Positions 1-8,960 are shown, numbered from the stretch's first letter. The stretch is DNA of 64,000 bases from a virus (IMGVR_UViG_3300025009_000056), one strand, 5' to 3'. A program made the numbers and translations. The notes: generated by a model from the sequence alone, not told the origin.

Positions 1-15
1 AGCAACGGCAATAAC

Positions 16-414
16 ATGTCATCTTTTGAAATTATATACAAAAACCTGATTGAAAAAGGTCTTACCGAGCCAGAGGCTCAGTCACAGGCGCGGCTACTGT
101 ATATAGAGGAGCAGGAGTTATCAAATACCGTCTCACTGACATCATCGAAAGCATTTACAAACGCGAGCTATCAAAATCCAACACTACAGGTTTCTAATCC
201 GGCAAACAAAAACAGTAAATTCCTACCGCAAATTCAGGCATTTAACAAAAATATGCGAGAGATACCAAAAGACACAAATAGTTTGAAAATCTATTGCAAT
301 AATAATTTCGGATTTGGTAACTACGCTATTGTTGTTATCGGCAAACAGGGACAGAATAGGGTGGCTAAAATAACCCTCACTGATGGTGGTGAAACAGACC
401 AATTTCTCATGTAG
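16..414 (+). CDS. hypothetical protein with FTNA motif (may extend upstream of window)
   Basis: ORF track; frame open to position 1; carries the [FY]xNA motif seen in structural genes. Confidence 0.6.
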   Translation: MSSFEIIYKNLIEKGLTEPEAQSQARLLYIEEQELSNTVSLTSSKAFTNASYQNPTLQVSNPANKNSKFLPQIQAFNKNMREIPKDTNSLKIYCNNNFGFGNYAIVVIGKQGQNRVAKITLTDGGETDQFLM

Positions 415-425
415 CAAAAAACATC

Positions 426-456
426 TTGACTTTACTAAAATAAAATCGTATCTTTG
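426..456 (+). promoter_or_regulatory. Bacteroidota-type promoter
   Basis: TTGAC 426-430 and TATCTTTG 449-456 (TAnnTTTG -7 box). Confidence 0.75.
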
Positions 457-482
457 TGATTCAAAATATCAAAATATTCAAA

Positions 483-692
483 ATGGCTTCAAAAATTATT
501 TACAAGGGGAAAACTTATTACTGGGTTAACAGTTGCTCAACGAAGCAGGAGGCTGACAAATTCGCATCCGAAGAAAAAAAGAAAAATTACAGCGTTGTTA
601 TCAAGAAGTTACCAACACCCACAAAAGGCGTAGGTGCATGGAAAGATAAAACTATTAGGTATTACGTTTACGAAAGAAGTGTGAAAAAATAA
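483..692 (+). CDS. small basic protein, paralog of 23765..23971
   Basis: Lys-rich; IYKGKTY...STKQEADK matches IDGKVY...STKAEAEK; start moved to ATG 483 downstream of promoter. Confidence 0.7.
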   Translation: MASKIIYKGKTYYWVNSCSTKQEADKFASEEKKKNYSVVIKKLPTPTKGVGAWKDKTIRYYVYERSVKK

Positions 693-714
693 ATAGCATC
701 AAAAATAAAACAAA

Positions 715-897
715 ATGGCCGAAAAGAAATTAACAGCAAAACAGATTAAAATCATCAAAACCGTTTTTGACAAGGAACCATCTAAAAAAATCCTTGCTAT
801 TCAAGGCCATATATCTACCCTAATGGAGTTAAGTTACATGATAGGTGAGGGTAATTCTTATTCCATAGTGCAAAGGAATTTGAATCAGTTAATCTAA
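715..897 (+). CDS. hypothetical protein
   Basis: ORF with A-rich start context. Confidence 0.6.
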   Translation: MAEKKLTAKQIKIIKTVFDKEPSKKILAIQGHISTLMELSYMIGEGNSYSIVQRNLNQLI

Positions 898-1113
898 TTG
901 TTTTAATATTTTACAGAACGACTCTTTTTATACACTAATTAAAGTTATAAAAAGGGAATGCCATCTAAATAAAAGCAACACCGGAAAGAGGTTTCCGGCC
1001 TAAGTTTTCAGCAATGGGAACTTTTCTACTCATCTTACCGTTTTTGGAAGAAGGAGTTTCGAGGCGCGACAGTCCCAGATGATTGCCGCGCCTTGCGGTT
1101 TTAGAGGGGGGGC

Positions 1114-1144
1114 TTGACTTTCCTTTTTTGATTTATTATCTTTG
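1114..1144 (+). promoter_or_regulatory. Bacteroidota-type promoter
   Basis: TTGAC 1114-1118, TATCTTTG 1137-1144. Confidence 0.75.
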
Positions 1145-1155
1145 TAAAAAAAATA

Positions 1156-1356
1156 ATGGCAGACTGGAACATTTTTAAGAAAAACACAAAGGTGTCAAAC
1201 ATCCTTATTTTTGGCTCACTCGCATTACTGGCCTTTGGTTGGTACAGGCAAAACATTTATGAAAAAGACGAGGAGAAAAGCCGTGTATCAAGAGCTGCAA
1301 TAGGTTTTGGCGCAATAGGTTTAGGGTTTGGTTTACTATCCACATCCAAAGAGTAA
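1156..1356 (+). CDS. small membrane protein (2 hydrophobic segments)
   Basis: ILIFGSLALLAFGWY and AAIGFGAIGLGFGLL. Confidence 0.7.
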   Translation: MADWNIFKKNTKVSNILIFGSLALLAFGWYRQNIYEKDEEKSRVSRAAIGFGAIGLGFGLLSTSKE

Positions 1357-1463
1357 GTTTATCGCCTCTATTTAGAAATTATCTAAATTTCGTATTTTTT
1401 ATTGCCATATCAGAAAAATTGATTATTTTTGCATTTCGAAATCCAAAAACATAATCATTTTTA

Positions 1464-1961
1464 ATGGAAAATAATATACTTATTTGCGACTGTTTGAGTG
1501 TGGAACACCAGATAGTAATATCAAGATATACCGATGATAGCTATAACTCTAAAATGGTTTTAGCGCAAATACACCTATCCTCTAATCGTGGATTTTTCAG
1601 CCGCCTGAAACATGGCATAAAATACATTTTTGGATACAAGTGCAAATACGGAGACTGGGATAAGTTTGTGTTCAATCCCGAAGATGTCGATAAACTACAA
1701 GGCATGGTGGATTTTCTAATACAAGAGCAATCCGACACAACCAACCCACCACAAAAATCACCAGCTTTCCACCAACCCCATAAAGAACAATCCAAGACTA
1801 CCAGCTCGCCACTAGCACATACTGGAGCTTACGCCCTATGTCAAAACTGCATAAAAAATGAGCGCGAGGAAGATGGTAAAGTTTATTGCAGCGGTGAGGG
1901 TGTTAAAGAGATTAGTAAACTCCAAAATCAACCAAGTTGCGCTGCTCAATGCATATATTAA
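1464..1961 (+). CDS. hypothetical protein
   Basis: ORF; TATTTTTG promoter box at 1424-1431. Confidence 0.65.
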   Translation: MENNILICDCLSVEHQIVISRYTDDSYNSKMVLAQIHLSSNRGFFSRLKHGIKYIFGYKCKYGDWDKFVFNPEDVDKLQGMVDFLIQEQSDTTNPPQKSPAFHQPHKEQSKTTSSPLAHTGAYALCQNCIKNEREEDGKVYCSGEGVKEISKLQNQPSCAAQCIY

Positions 1962-1976
1962 AAGATAAAAACTATA

Positions 1977-2327
1977 ATGGAATCACTAAAGAGAATAAAA
2001 GAGGATTTAATCGGAGCGCTCATAACTCTCGGTGAGAACGGTTTAAGCGATAAGGATAAAATTAAAAATGCGGATGAAATAATCTTGGAAACATTGAAAT
2101 TTACAGATGAAATAATCAGTGAAAAAGAAAAACAGGAGACTTACATTGCTGTAGCTGCCGAAATACTGAGTGAAAAACATCCGAATAGTCAAATCACATC
2201 AGAGGAGTATCGGGATGGCGATGTTTGTTTTCAGTTTCATATATCGGCGCATGACTATTCCGCAGGCAAAGACTCTGATACGATAACGAAAAAAGAAATA
2301 GAACGAAAACTAATTACGAAATTATAA
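1977..2327 (+). CDS. hypothetical protein
   Basis: ORF in co-directional run. Confidence 0.65.
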   Translation: MESLKRIKEDLIGALITLGENGLSDKDKIKNADEIILETLKFTDEIISEKEKQETYIAVAAEILSEKHPNSQITSEEYRDGDVCFQFHISAHDYSAGKDSDTITKKEIERKLITKL

Positions 2328-2338
2328 AAACCAAAAAC

Positions 2339-2605
2339 ATGAGCGAATTAAAAAAAGTCTTTATCACAAAATATGTACTAACTCAGGGAATGCGAGAGGA
2401 AATGATGGAGGTAGAAGAAAATCCAGAACATTTTAAAAAATCATGTTTTGGAAAGACTCAAGGTGGTTACATGGAGGGTTTTTATAACGACGATTTCCAT
2501 CTCACAAAGGAAGAGGCTTTGGCCGATGCTGAAAAAAGACGTGTAAGAAAAATAGAATCCCTAAAAAAACAAATTTCCAAATTGGAAAAAATGTCTTTTG
2601 AATAA
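2339..2605 (+). CDS. hypothetical protein
   Basis: ORF, AAAACCAAAAAC start context. Confidence 0.7.
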   Translation: MSELKKVFITKYVLTQGMREEMMEVEENPEHFKKSCFGKTQGGYMEGFYNDDFHLTKEEALADAEKRRVRKIESLKKQISKLEKMSFE

Positions 2606-2616
2606 AAACTAAAACA

Positions 2617-2816
2617 ATGAAAGAAAACATTGACATTTTAAAAGATGTGGCGGTTGAATTACAGCGGTTCCAGAAAAAACTTGCGCTAGCCATAGTGGAG
2701 CAACAGAAAAAGAACAACTCTCTCACCGGAATTACGCATCCGTAAAAAGAGCCGCACTCGACCTGAAGATGGAATTAACCAAACTCACTCAGGATTCGAA
2801 ATACAAATACGTGTAA
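2617..2816 (+). pseudogene. probable frameshifted small gene
   Basis: MKENIDIL...KKNNS continues in another frame as RNYASVKRAALDLKMELTKLTQDSKYKYV* across a CTCTCTC run (~2718-2724). Confidence 0.5.
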
Positions 2817-2901
2817 TGTGTGGCTATGAACTGAAGCCACCTAAATAAGTTCGGTTCACAAAATTAATACAGTAGGCTTTTGTTTATAGCCGAAGTTATA
2901 C
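2811..2901 (+). mobile_element. attC-like recombination site 1 (degenerate R'')
   Basis: GGCTATGAACTGAAGCC (2822-2838) pairs with GGCTTTTGTTTATAGCC (2875-2891); R' GTTATAC 2895-2901; R''-like GTGTAAT 2811-2817. Confidence 0.55.
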
Positions 2902-2909
2902 GCCGCTAT

Positions 2910-3113
2910 ATGAAAATAGTAAAAAAAATAGAACATAACTACAAGAAAGGGAAGGTATATAATTTAGCTGACGGTTGTCAAATTCCACGAGAAGAATATG
3001 CTAAATACTTTGAGAATACGAATGAAGATATTTTAACAGAAGATGGAGAGTGGTGTGCTGAAGATAGATGCAAAAAGACAGTAAAAGTAATTACAATCCT
3101 GTATGCAGACTAA
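2910..3113 (+). CDS. hypothetical protein in integron-like cassette
   Basis: flanked by complementary core sites GTTATACGC (2895) and GCGTATAAC (3119). Confidence 0.7.
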   Translation: MKIVKKIEHNYKKGKVYNLADGCQIPREEYAKYFENTNEDILTEDGEWCAEDRCKKTVKVITILYAD

Positions 3114-3120
3114 TAGTTGC

Positions 3121-3250
3121 GTATAACGGTGGCGGTTGGCGAAGTTGCCGACTTATTAGCACAAAATTATCAAACTATAAATAACTTAATGAAATGGCAA
3201 AAACTTTAAACACCCACGAAAACGGCAATTGCGCTAACCGTGTGTTAGCG
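3121..3250 (+). mobile_element. attC-like recombination site 2
   Basis: R'' GTATAAC 3121-3127, CGGTTGGCGAAGTTGCCG 3133-3150 pairing with CGGCAATTGCGCTAACCG 3223-3240, R' GTTAGCG 3244-3250. Confidence 0.7.
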
Positions 3251-3418
3251 GTTCGGGCTTGTCGTAATTGCAAGCATTCTGAAATAAAATTTGAAACAGA
3301 CCTATATTGTATGAACTCTGAATGTGACGAAGAATTTAGTAATGACCCTGAATGCGATAATTATATGGGAGTTGTTGACCCTAATGACGAATGTAAGTTG
3401 TTTGAGTCGTTAGCCTGA
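3194..3418 (+). CDS. Cys-rich hypothetical protein in integron-like cassette
   Basis: starts inside attC2; ends at ACCGCTAA (3418-3425), complement of TTAGCGGT (3245-3252). Confidence 0.65.
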   Translation: MAKTLNTHENGNCANRVLAVRACRNCKHSEIKFETDLYCMNSECDEEFSNDPECDNYMGVVDPNDECKLFESLA

Positions 3419-3427
3419 CCGCTAAAT

Positions 3428-3583
3428 TGCAGCTTTACACATATGGTTGAAGCTGGTGTGGATATAAACCTAATACAAAAATTAGCCGGACACTCAAATG
3501 TTAAGACTACGGAGATATATACACACATTAGTCACAATCTAATAAGCAAAATAAAATCACCGATTGATTCAATCGCAATTTAA
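3428..3583 (+). pseudogene. tyrosine recombinase (XerD/integron-integrase-like) C-terminal fragment
   Basis: [47 protein letters not shown]; retains GH and IYTH catalytic motifs; rest of gene absent; not in ORF track. Confidence 0.85.
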
Positions 3584-3600
3584 AATAAAAACCAATAATT

Positions 3601-4416
3601 ATGACGGATAAAAATGAAAGAGGTGGCGGATTAAGACACAATAGCGGAAAGCTACGAGTTGACCTTGTGCCTGAGCAAATAACGCGCTCTATAGCCAATG
3701 TTTTAATGGAGGGGTTGAAAAAATATCCAGAAAGAAACTGGGAATCCGGAATGAAATGGCGAACAGTTCAAGCATCGCTCGAAAGGCACTGGTTGGATTG
3801 GAAAAGCGGAATGGATTTCGACCCCGACGACAATCAATCGTTAATTGATAAAGTCCTAACAAACGCAGCAATCTTAAAGTTTTACGAAAAACTATATCCA
3901 GAAGGAGATGACCGCAGACATTCGTATTTACAACCCCGAAATATCGCACTCGACATTGACGATGTATTGGTTGACTGGACAGGTCATTACTGCGCCCGTT
4001 ATAATCTACCGCGACCTACATCGTGGTCTTTCGACCGCAAGCTGAAAGAACGATTCGAAAATGAATTACTGAAAGATAAAGATTTCTGGACAACTATTCC
4101 TGTAAAAACAAAACCGGAGGATATTCCATTTGAGCCTGTTTGCTACATATCTGCGCGAAGCATACCGAAAGAGTGGACAGAGGAATTATTAGATAAACAT
4201 GGATTTCCGGCTGTTCCCGTTATCAATGTAGGTATAGGCGAAAGTAAGGTTCAAGCAGCAAGAGATAATAAAATTGATGTTTTCGTTGATGATAATTACA
4301 GAAACTTTGTAGACCTGAATAACGCCGGAATATTATGCTACCTGTTTGACGTATTACACAACCGCAGGTATGATGTCGGACTGAAGCGTATTTATTCACT
4401 GAGTGAGTTAATCTAA
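3601..4416 (+). CDS. dATP/dGTP diphosphohydrolase (DUF5664-like) fused to HAD 5'(3')-nucleotidase-like domain
   Basis: GKLRVDLVP...GLKKYPERNWESG...SLERH; C-terminal IALDIDDVLVD and FVDD HAD motifs. Confidence 0.8.
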   Translation: MTDKNERGGGLRHNSGKLRVDLVPEQITRSIANVLMEGLKKYPERNWESGMKWRTVQASLERHWLDWKSGMDFDPDDNQSLIDKVLTNAAILKFYEKLYPEGDDRRHSYLQPRNIALDIDDVLVDWTGHYCARYNLPRPTSWSFDRKLKERFENELLKDKDFWTTIPVKTKPEDIPFEPVCYISARSIPKEWTEELLDKHGFPAVPVINVGIGESKVQAARDNKIDVFVDDNYRNFVDLNNAGILCYLFDVLHNRRYDVGLKRIYSLSELI

Positions 4417-4428
4417 AACAAAAAAATC

Positions 4429-4563
4429 ATGATAATAGCTATCTTATTTTTCATCATTCTTTTCATCGAACTATCACTGAGTCCGAGATTTGATTACACA
4501 AGAGAAAAGAAACTTTTATTGTGGTACGGGAGAAAGACACGTAATTATATTGTAATTTTTTAA
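4429..4563 (+). CDS. small membrane protein
   Basis: manually translated 44 aa, hydrophobic N-terminus. Confidence 0.5.
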   Translation: MIIAILFFIILFIELSLSPRFDYTREKKLLLWYGRKTRNYIVIF

Positions 4564-4566
4564 ACC

Positions 4567-4722
4567 ATGAGTGAGGAAAACGAAAACAAAACATGGATGA
4601 TTCTCGCATTAGTCGAGGCTACCGTCATCGCTGTATTACTATCTGTATTAGGTAATAATCTAGAGAAACCATGTAGAGAAATTAATCCAGAAAACAACAT
4701 TAAAACAGAAATTATAAAATGA
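4567..4722 (+). CDS. small membrane protein
   Basis: manually translated 51 aa, one TM segment. Confidence 0.5.
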   Translation: MSEENENKTWMILALVEATVIAVLLSVLGNNLEKPCREINPENNIKTEIIK

Positions 4723-4901
4723 AACCAGACAGACCATTTATAATTTACGACCACACCGAAATACAAAAAGTTTACCACCAGCATCACGAAAAATGCGGAA
4801 CCGTTCTATATTCCGAAGATGGCGGATATACATGGCACTCGGTAGGAATGGACTCCGGAAAATGGAAAATCCACGATTGGCTTTTTGCTTTTATTGGATA
4901 A
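4719..4901 (+). CDS. hypothetical protein
   Basis: ORF, ATGA overlap with previous gene. Confidence 0.6.
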   Translation: MKPDRPFIIYDHTEIQKVYHQHHEKCGTVLYSEDGGYTWHSVGMDSGKWKIHDWLFAFIG

Positions 4902-4916
4902 AAAAACAGGGAACTA

Positions 4917-5123
4917 ATGAAAAGTATTAAAGATTTAGAACAAATAGGATATACCGCTTGCGACTTCAGTGACGAGTGTGATGTCTGTAAAAAACCAAAA
5001 GGGAAAACATTTATGGTGGGATATGTAAACGACATGTGTGGTGAGGAGTGCGACTACTATATATGCCAGAAATGTGCAAGTAAAAGCTATACTAAACTCA
5101 AAGAATATCTTGAGCGTAAATAA
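4917..5123 (+). CDS. Cys-rich putative Zn-binding protein
   Basis: CDVC and CQKC motifs. Confidence 0.6.
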   Translation: MKSIKDLEQIGYTACDFSDECDVCKKPKGKTFMVGYVNDMCGEECDYYICQKCASKSYTKLKEYLERK

Positions 5124-5140
5124 CAACACCACCTCTATTT

Positions 5141-5674
5141 ATGAAAAAAGTTTTCCAAACCATAGTAGATAAAAATCACGGCAACTGTATGCAGGCAGCT
5201 ATAGCAAGTCTGTTTGAATTACCACTTGATGCCGTGCCGAATTTTATAGAATTTGACAACAAGGAAAAATATCCAGACACAAATCATTTGTTCGAAATGA
5301 ATAAATTCTATGTAAAGAATGGATACACGGAGGGTATTACTCCAATTCACAGGATGAGAAACGATACACTGGAGAAAATGATTGCAATAGCGAGGTTTGA
5401 TGGTGGTGTTAATGGATATTTTTACGCCACAGTTCCAAGTCAAACTTACCCAGATGTATTTCATGCCGTCATAGTTGATTCGGAATTAAATATCGTACAT
5501 GACCCAAATCCAAATCAATTGGCTATGAAATTAAACGCGGATGACGTTGTAGGCATATTAACTGTGACAGATTTCATAATAGGTAAGACTGTAAAACTTT
5601 TCAAACAGGAGGAGTGGGATAATGCGACAGAAGAGGAGAGGCGACAAAACACTCATTATCCGGAAAAGCCATAA
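5141..5674 (+). CDS. papain-fold (C39-like) cysteine peptidase
   Basis: GNCMQAAIASL...HAVIVD...VHDPNP (Cys/His/Asp pattern). Confidence 0.6.
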   Translation: MKKVFQTIVDKNHGNCMQAAIASLFELPLDAVPNFIEFDNKEKYPDTNHLFEMNKFYVKNGYTEGITPIHRMRNDTLEKMIAIARFDGGVNGYFYATVPSQTYPDVFHAVIVDSELNIVHDPNPNQLAMKLNADDVVGILTVTDFIIGKTVKLFKQEEWDNATEEERRQNTHYPEKP

Positions 5675-5694
5675 CAATTATAAAAACCAAAAAC

Positions 5695-6267
5695 ATGAAC
5701 GGAAAAAGAACAGGAATTGATTTTAGTAAACATATCCACACTGTAGAGGAATATGTTTGTGGAGAAAAGATAATCCGCGTTGACCACTTCAAAATACCAG
5801 ACACACGGATGAATTATATCCAATTCATAAACACAGATGAAACAATGTCTGTTACCGGAGATTTTGGAAACTGGATATTTTGCAGACCATTCATACCATC
5901 AGTGAAAAGCGGTGTATCAGATAGCTACTGGTTAGAAAAATTAGAAATAGCAAGCGAGCAAAGGTTTGACAGGCTAAATTTTGACGCAATTGAAAAAGAA
6001 ATACAGGAGCTTATTGATGCCGGATTAGAGGAGTATGGTTATAAGGGTGAAGAATTGGAACAAGCTAAAGAGTGGTACACAGAGTTGCTTTCAGAGTGCG
6101 ATGATAAATTAAGCTATTTAGCAAAAGCGTATCGGGATTGCGATAGGCCGGATTTCATAGACAGTGAACAAATCCCATACACCGTAGAGGTTCCCACTTG
6201 GCTGTATATTATTTTTGATGCCTTTGATGAAATCTGCCGCAGGATAAAAGAAAACGAAAGCAACTAA
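5695..6267 (+). CDS. hypothetical phage protein
   Basis: long ORF; VTGDFGNWIF...YWLEKL. Confidence 0.7.
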   Translation: MNGKRTGIDFSKHIHTVEEYVCGEKIIRVDHFKIPDTRMNYIQFINTDETMSVTGDFGNWIFCRPFIPSVKSGVSDSYWLEKLEIASEQRFDRLNFDAIEKEIQELIDAGLEEYGYKGEELEQAKEWYTELLSECDDKLSYLAKAYRDCDRPDFIDSEQIPYTVEVPTWLYIIFDAFDEICRRIKENESN

Positions 6268-6278
6268 CCCAACAAAAC

Positions 6279-6854
6279 ATGGAACCAAAAACAAAGACAT
6301 TCAAAGTTCTCGATTCAACAGTAATACTCGAAGATTACGGAATAGGTAAAGGCGGCATAATAATCGCCACTCATGGCACAGATATGAATTTCTCATACAG
6401 CTGGTGCGCAATGGGGAATGACGATATATACGAATTCATAGCCAGCATCGGTGCTGATTATTTCACCCGAAAACTCAGCAACAACCCAAATGTGTTTTCT
6501 GCAAGAAATTCAGTGAAAGAAATCCGCCGATACATCCGCGAGGACATGAAATACGATTTGCCACGATACAAATATATGAGCGGCCAGAAAGAATTAAGAG
6601 AAAGACTTTCCGAAATAAAAAACATATGCGACTCCGAACGCGAGTTTGTTGACTATGTATCTGACCTACATAGGTCGTTAAGCCTATTCGACATGGATAG
6701 AAAAGAGGAGTACGAATTCAGGGAATTATTAAAAGACACATTCGGCGAGGCGTGGAATTTCATCATGCACGAACCATCCATAGAGATAATTTATTTGGAA
6801 AAACTTTTGGTGGAATTAAAAAAACAATTATCTTTGCAACCTGAAACAGTTTAA
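6279..6854 (+). CDS. hypothetical phage protein
   Basis: long ORF in run. Confidence 0.7.
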   Translation: MEPKTKTFKVLDSTVILEDYGIGKGGIIIATHGTDMNFSYSWCAMGNDDIYEFIASIGADYFTRKLSNNPNVFSARNSVKEIRRYIREDMKYDLPRYKYMSGQKELRERLSEIKNICDSEREFVDYVSDLHRSLSLFDMDRKEEYEFRELLKDTFGEAWNFIMHEPSIEIIYLEKLLVELKKQLSLQPETV

Positions 6855-6858
6855 CGCA

Positions 6859-7008
6859 ATGTTTAAAAAAATAAGAGCAATCCTTAAAGCGCGTAAAAAC
6901 TTACGGCATTTCACCAAAATGCTAAAAAGCATAGACGGGAATGAGTTTGTAAAAATTATTGATGAATTTATGGAACAAAAAAACAAAAACAATGAAAATA
7001 TATTTTAA
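6859..7008 (+). CDS. small basic hypothetical protein
   Basis: manually translated 49 aa. Confidence 0.45.
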   Translation: MFKKIRAILKARKNLRHFTKMLKSIDGNEFVKIIDEFMEQKNKNNENIF

Positions 7009-7032
7009 TATCACATAAATAATGGTATTTAC

Positions 7033-7064
7033 TTGCTTTTACATATAAAATATTCGTATCTTTG
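7033..7064 (+). promoter_or_regulatory. Bacteroidota-type promoter upstream of tnpB
   Basis: TTGC 7033, TATCTTTG 7057-7064. Confidence 0.7.
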
Positions 7065-7081
7065 CATAATCTAAGTCGTTA

Positions 7082-8239
7082 ATGAATAGACTCGTTGCAT
7101 ATAAATACAGGTTGTATCCAAATAAGACTCAGCAAACATTGTTAAACAAGACGATGGGTTGTGTGCGCTATTTTTGGAATCAACAGGTGGCAATATTCAA
7201 CAGTTACGACAAAGAAACAAACCCGAAGCCTGAATTTAAAACCAGCACTGAATTACGAAATCAGATTGAATGGATGCGGGAGGTGAGTGCTGCCGCCATC
7301 CAGCAAAAAGAAAATGACTTCAAAGAGTATAAAAAGCAGTTCTTTTCTAAAACAAGAAAGAAAAAGATAAATCATCCGAATTTTAAAAAGAAAAGTAATA
7401 AGCAATCTTTCCGGTTGCCAAATCAAAAGTTTAGCGTAATTGGAAGCAAGATAAGATTAGAAAAGATTGGCAAGGTGAGTATGGTCATTGATAGAGAATT
7501 ACCAATCGGAAAACTTATGTCGGTAACGGTTAGCAAGAATCCGAGCGGACAATATTTTGCATCAATATTAATAGAAACAGAAATCAATTACAAACCAAAA
7601 ACCAACAGGGAGGTTGGAATTGACTTAGGTATCAAAACATTTTCAACTCAATCAGACGGTGTTGAAATCAGTAATCCGAAATTTCTTAACAAAAGCCAAA
7701 CTAAGTTAAAAAGGTTACAAAAGCATCTTTCTAAAAAGAAAAAAGGCAGCAACCGCAGGAATAAGTGTAGAATTAAAATCGCGAAAGTGCATCAGAAAAT
7801 CACTAATCAGCGGGATTGGTTTCTCCATGATTATTCTACTCAATTAATCAATGATTACGATAGGATTTTTATCGAGGATTTGAATATATCGGGAATGGTC
7901 AAAAACCATTGTCTCGCTGGCGCAATAAGTGATGTGGCATGGAGTAAACTTGTTTCTATGCTCACTTACAAAGCGGAGTGGTACGGGAAAGATGTTGTAA
8001 AGGTCGGGAGATTTTATGCAAGTAGTAAAACGTGTGAATGTGGGGTAAAGAATGATGGTCTAAAACTGTCTGACAGGGAGTGGATATGCGAATCGTGTGG
8101 AAGAATTAATCAACGGGATTTGCTCGCAAGCCAAAATATATTGAAAGAAGGTCGCAGGAGTTGCAGCGACTTAACGGACGCTGAGGTGGAGGTTACGAAG
8201 CCGATGAAGCGTTTAAATTTTAATGGTGTTTTACTATGA
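7082..8239 (+). mobile_element. tnpB: TnpB RNA-guided endonuclease (IS200/IS605 or IS607 family), no transposase nearby
   Basis: HTH AYKYRLYPN; RuvC GIDLG, IEDL, RDLLAS; CECG/CESC zinc finger. Confidence 0.92.
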
Positions 8240-8306
8240 AATACTATGAAAATTACAACTATTGAAAAACAAAACGGTTAAGAATTACGAGTAAAACATA
8301 TACAAC

Positions 8307-8960
8307 ATGCGAGATAATTTATCAACAAAGAAAGAGGCAGTATGGATACGAGATAAAAAATACAAGAAGCTACAAAAAGAATTTATTGATTCAAAATACA
8401 GCTTCAGTATTAAGCGTGTAATAGTTGGAGGCAGAGGTAGCGGAAAAACAGCACTACTGAAAGAACTCATGAAAACCATGAAACACTATTACGTGATTGA
8501 TGTAAACGAGGAATACGATTACCTTCCGGATGAAAAAAGATTTTGCGTTACCAAAGATAAAAACTATGAGGATAATGTAATTAATGAAATAATAAAAAAC
8601 AAAGACAAGGTTATTATTATAGATGATGCCGGATTACTCTCGAAAAAAATTCTCGATACGCTTATCATTCATAATGATTTCATTGTAGCTTATCAATCAA
8701 AAAAAATGATTGAAAAACGCATTGATGAATTCGATTTTATTTATGACTTAGGAACACTTGATAAATTCAGCGTTCCGGTGGATGAAACCAAAATTCAGAT
8801 TATAGAGAAAGATGAAACCAATTCTCTTGCAAAAAATGCGGCTAAAGCAATATCCAGAATGTCTTTTGGGTCAAAAATGCTTGCGTTAACAGCACTAGGT
8901 GTACTTGCGGGCGCTACAGCAGCGTTATTATCGGAAACAGAAAAAGAAAACAAAGAATAA
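8307..8960 (+). CDS. FtsK/HerA-like P-loop ATPase paralog with C-terminal TM helix
   Basis: Walker A GGRGSGKT, VIDVNEE, Walker B IIIDD; LALTALGVLAGATAALL anchor. Confidence 0.7.
   Translation: MRDNLSTKKEAVWIRDKKYKKLQKEFIDSKYSFSIKRVIVGGRGSGKTALLKELMKTMKHYYVIDVNEEYDYLPDEKRFCVTKDKNYEDNVINEIIKNKDKVIIIDDAGLLSKKILDTLIIHNDFIVAYQSKKMIEKRIDEFDFIYDLGTLDKFSVPVDETKIQIIEKDETNSLAKNAAKAISRMSFGSKMLALTALGVLAGATAALLSETEKENKE

Noticed and set aside
7082-8239. Cas12f/Cas14 effector
   Set aside because: No adjacent CRISPR array or cas1/2; size and motifs fit TnpB.
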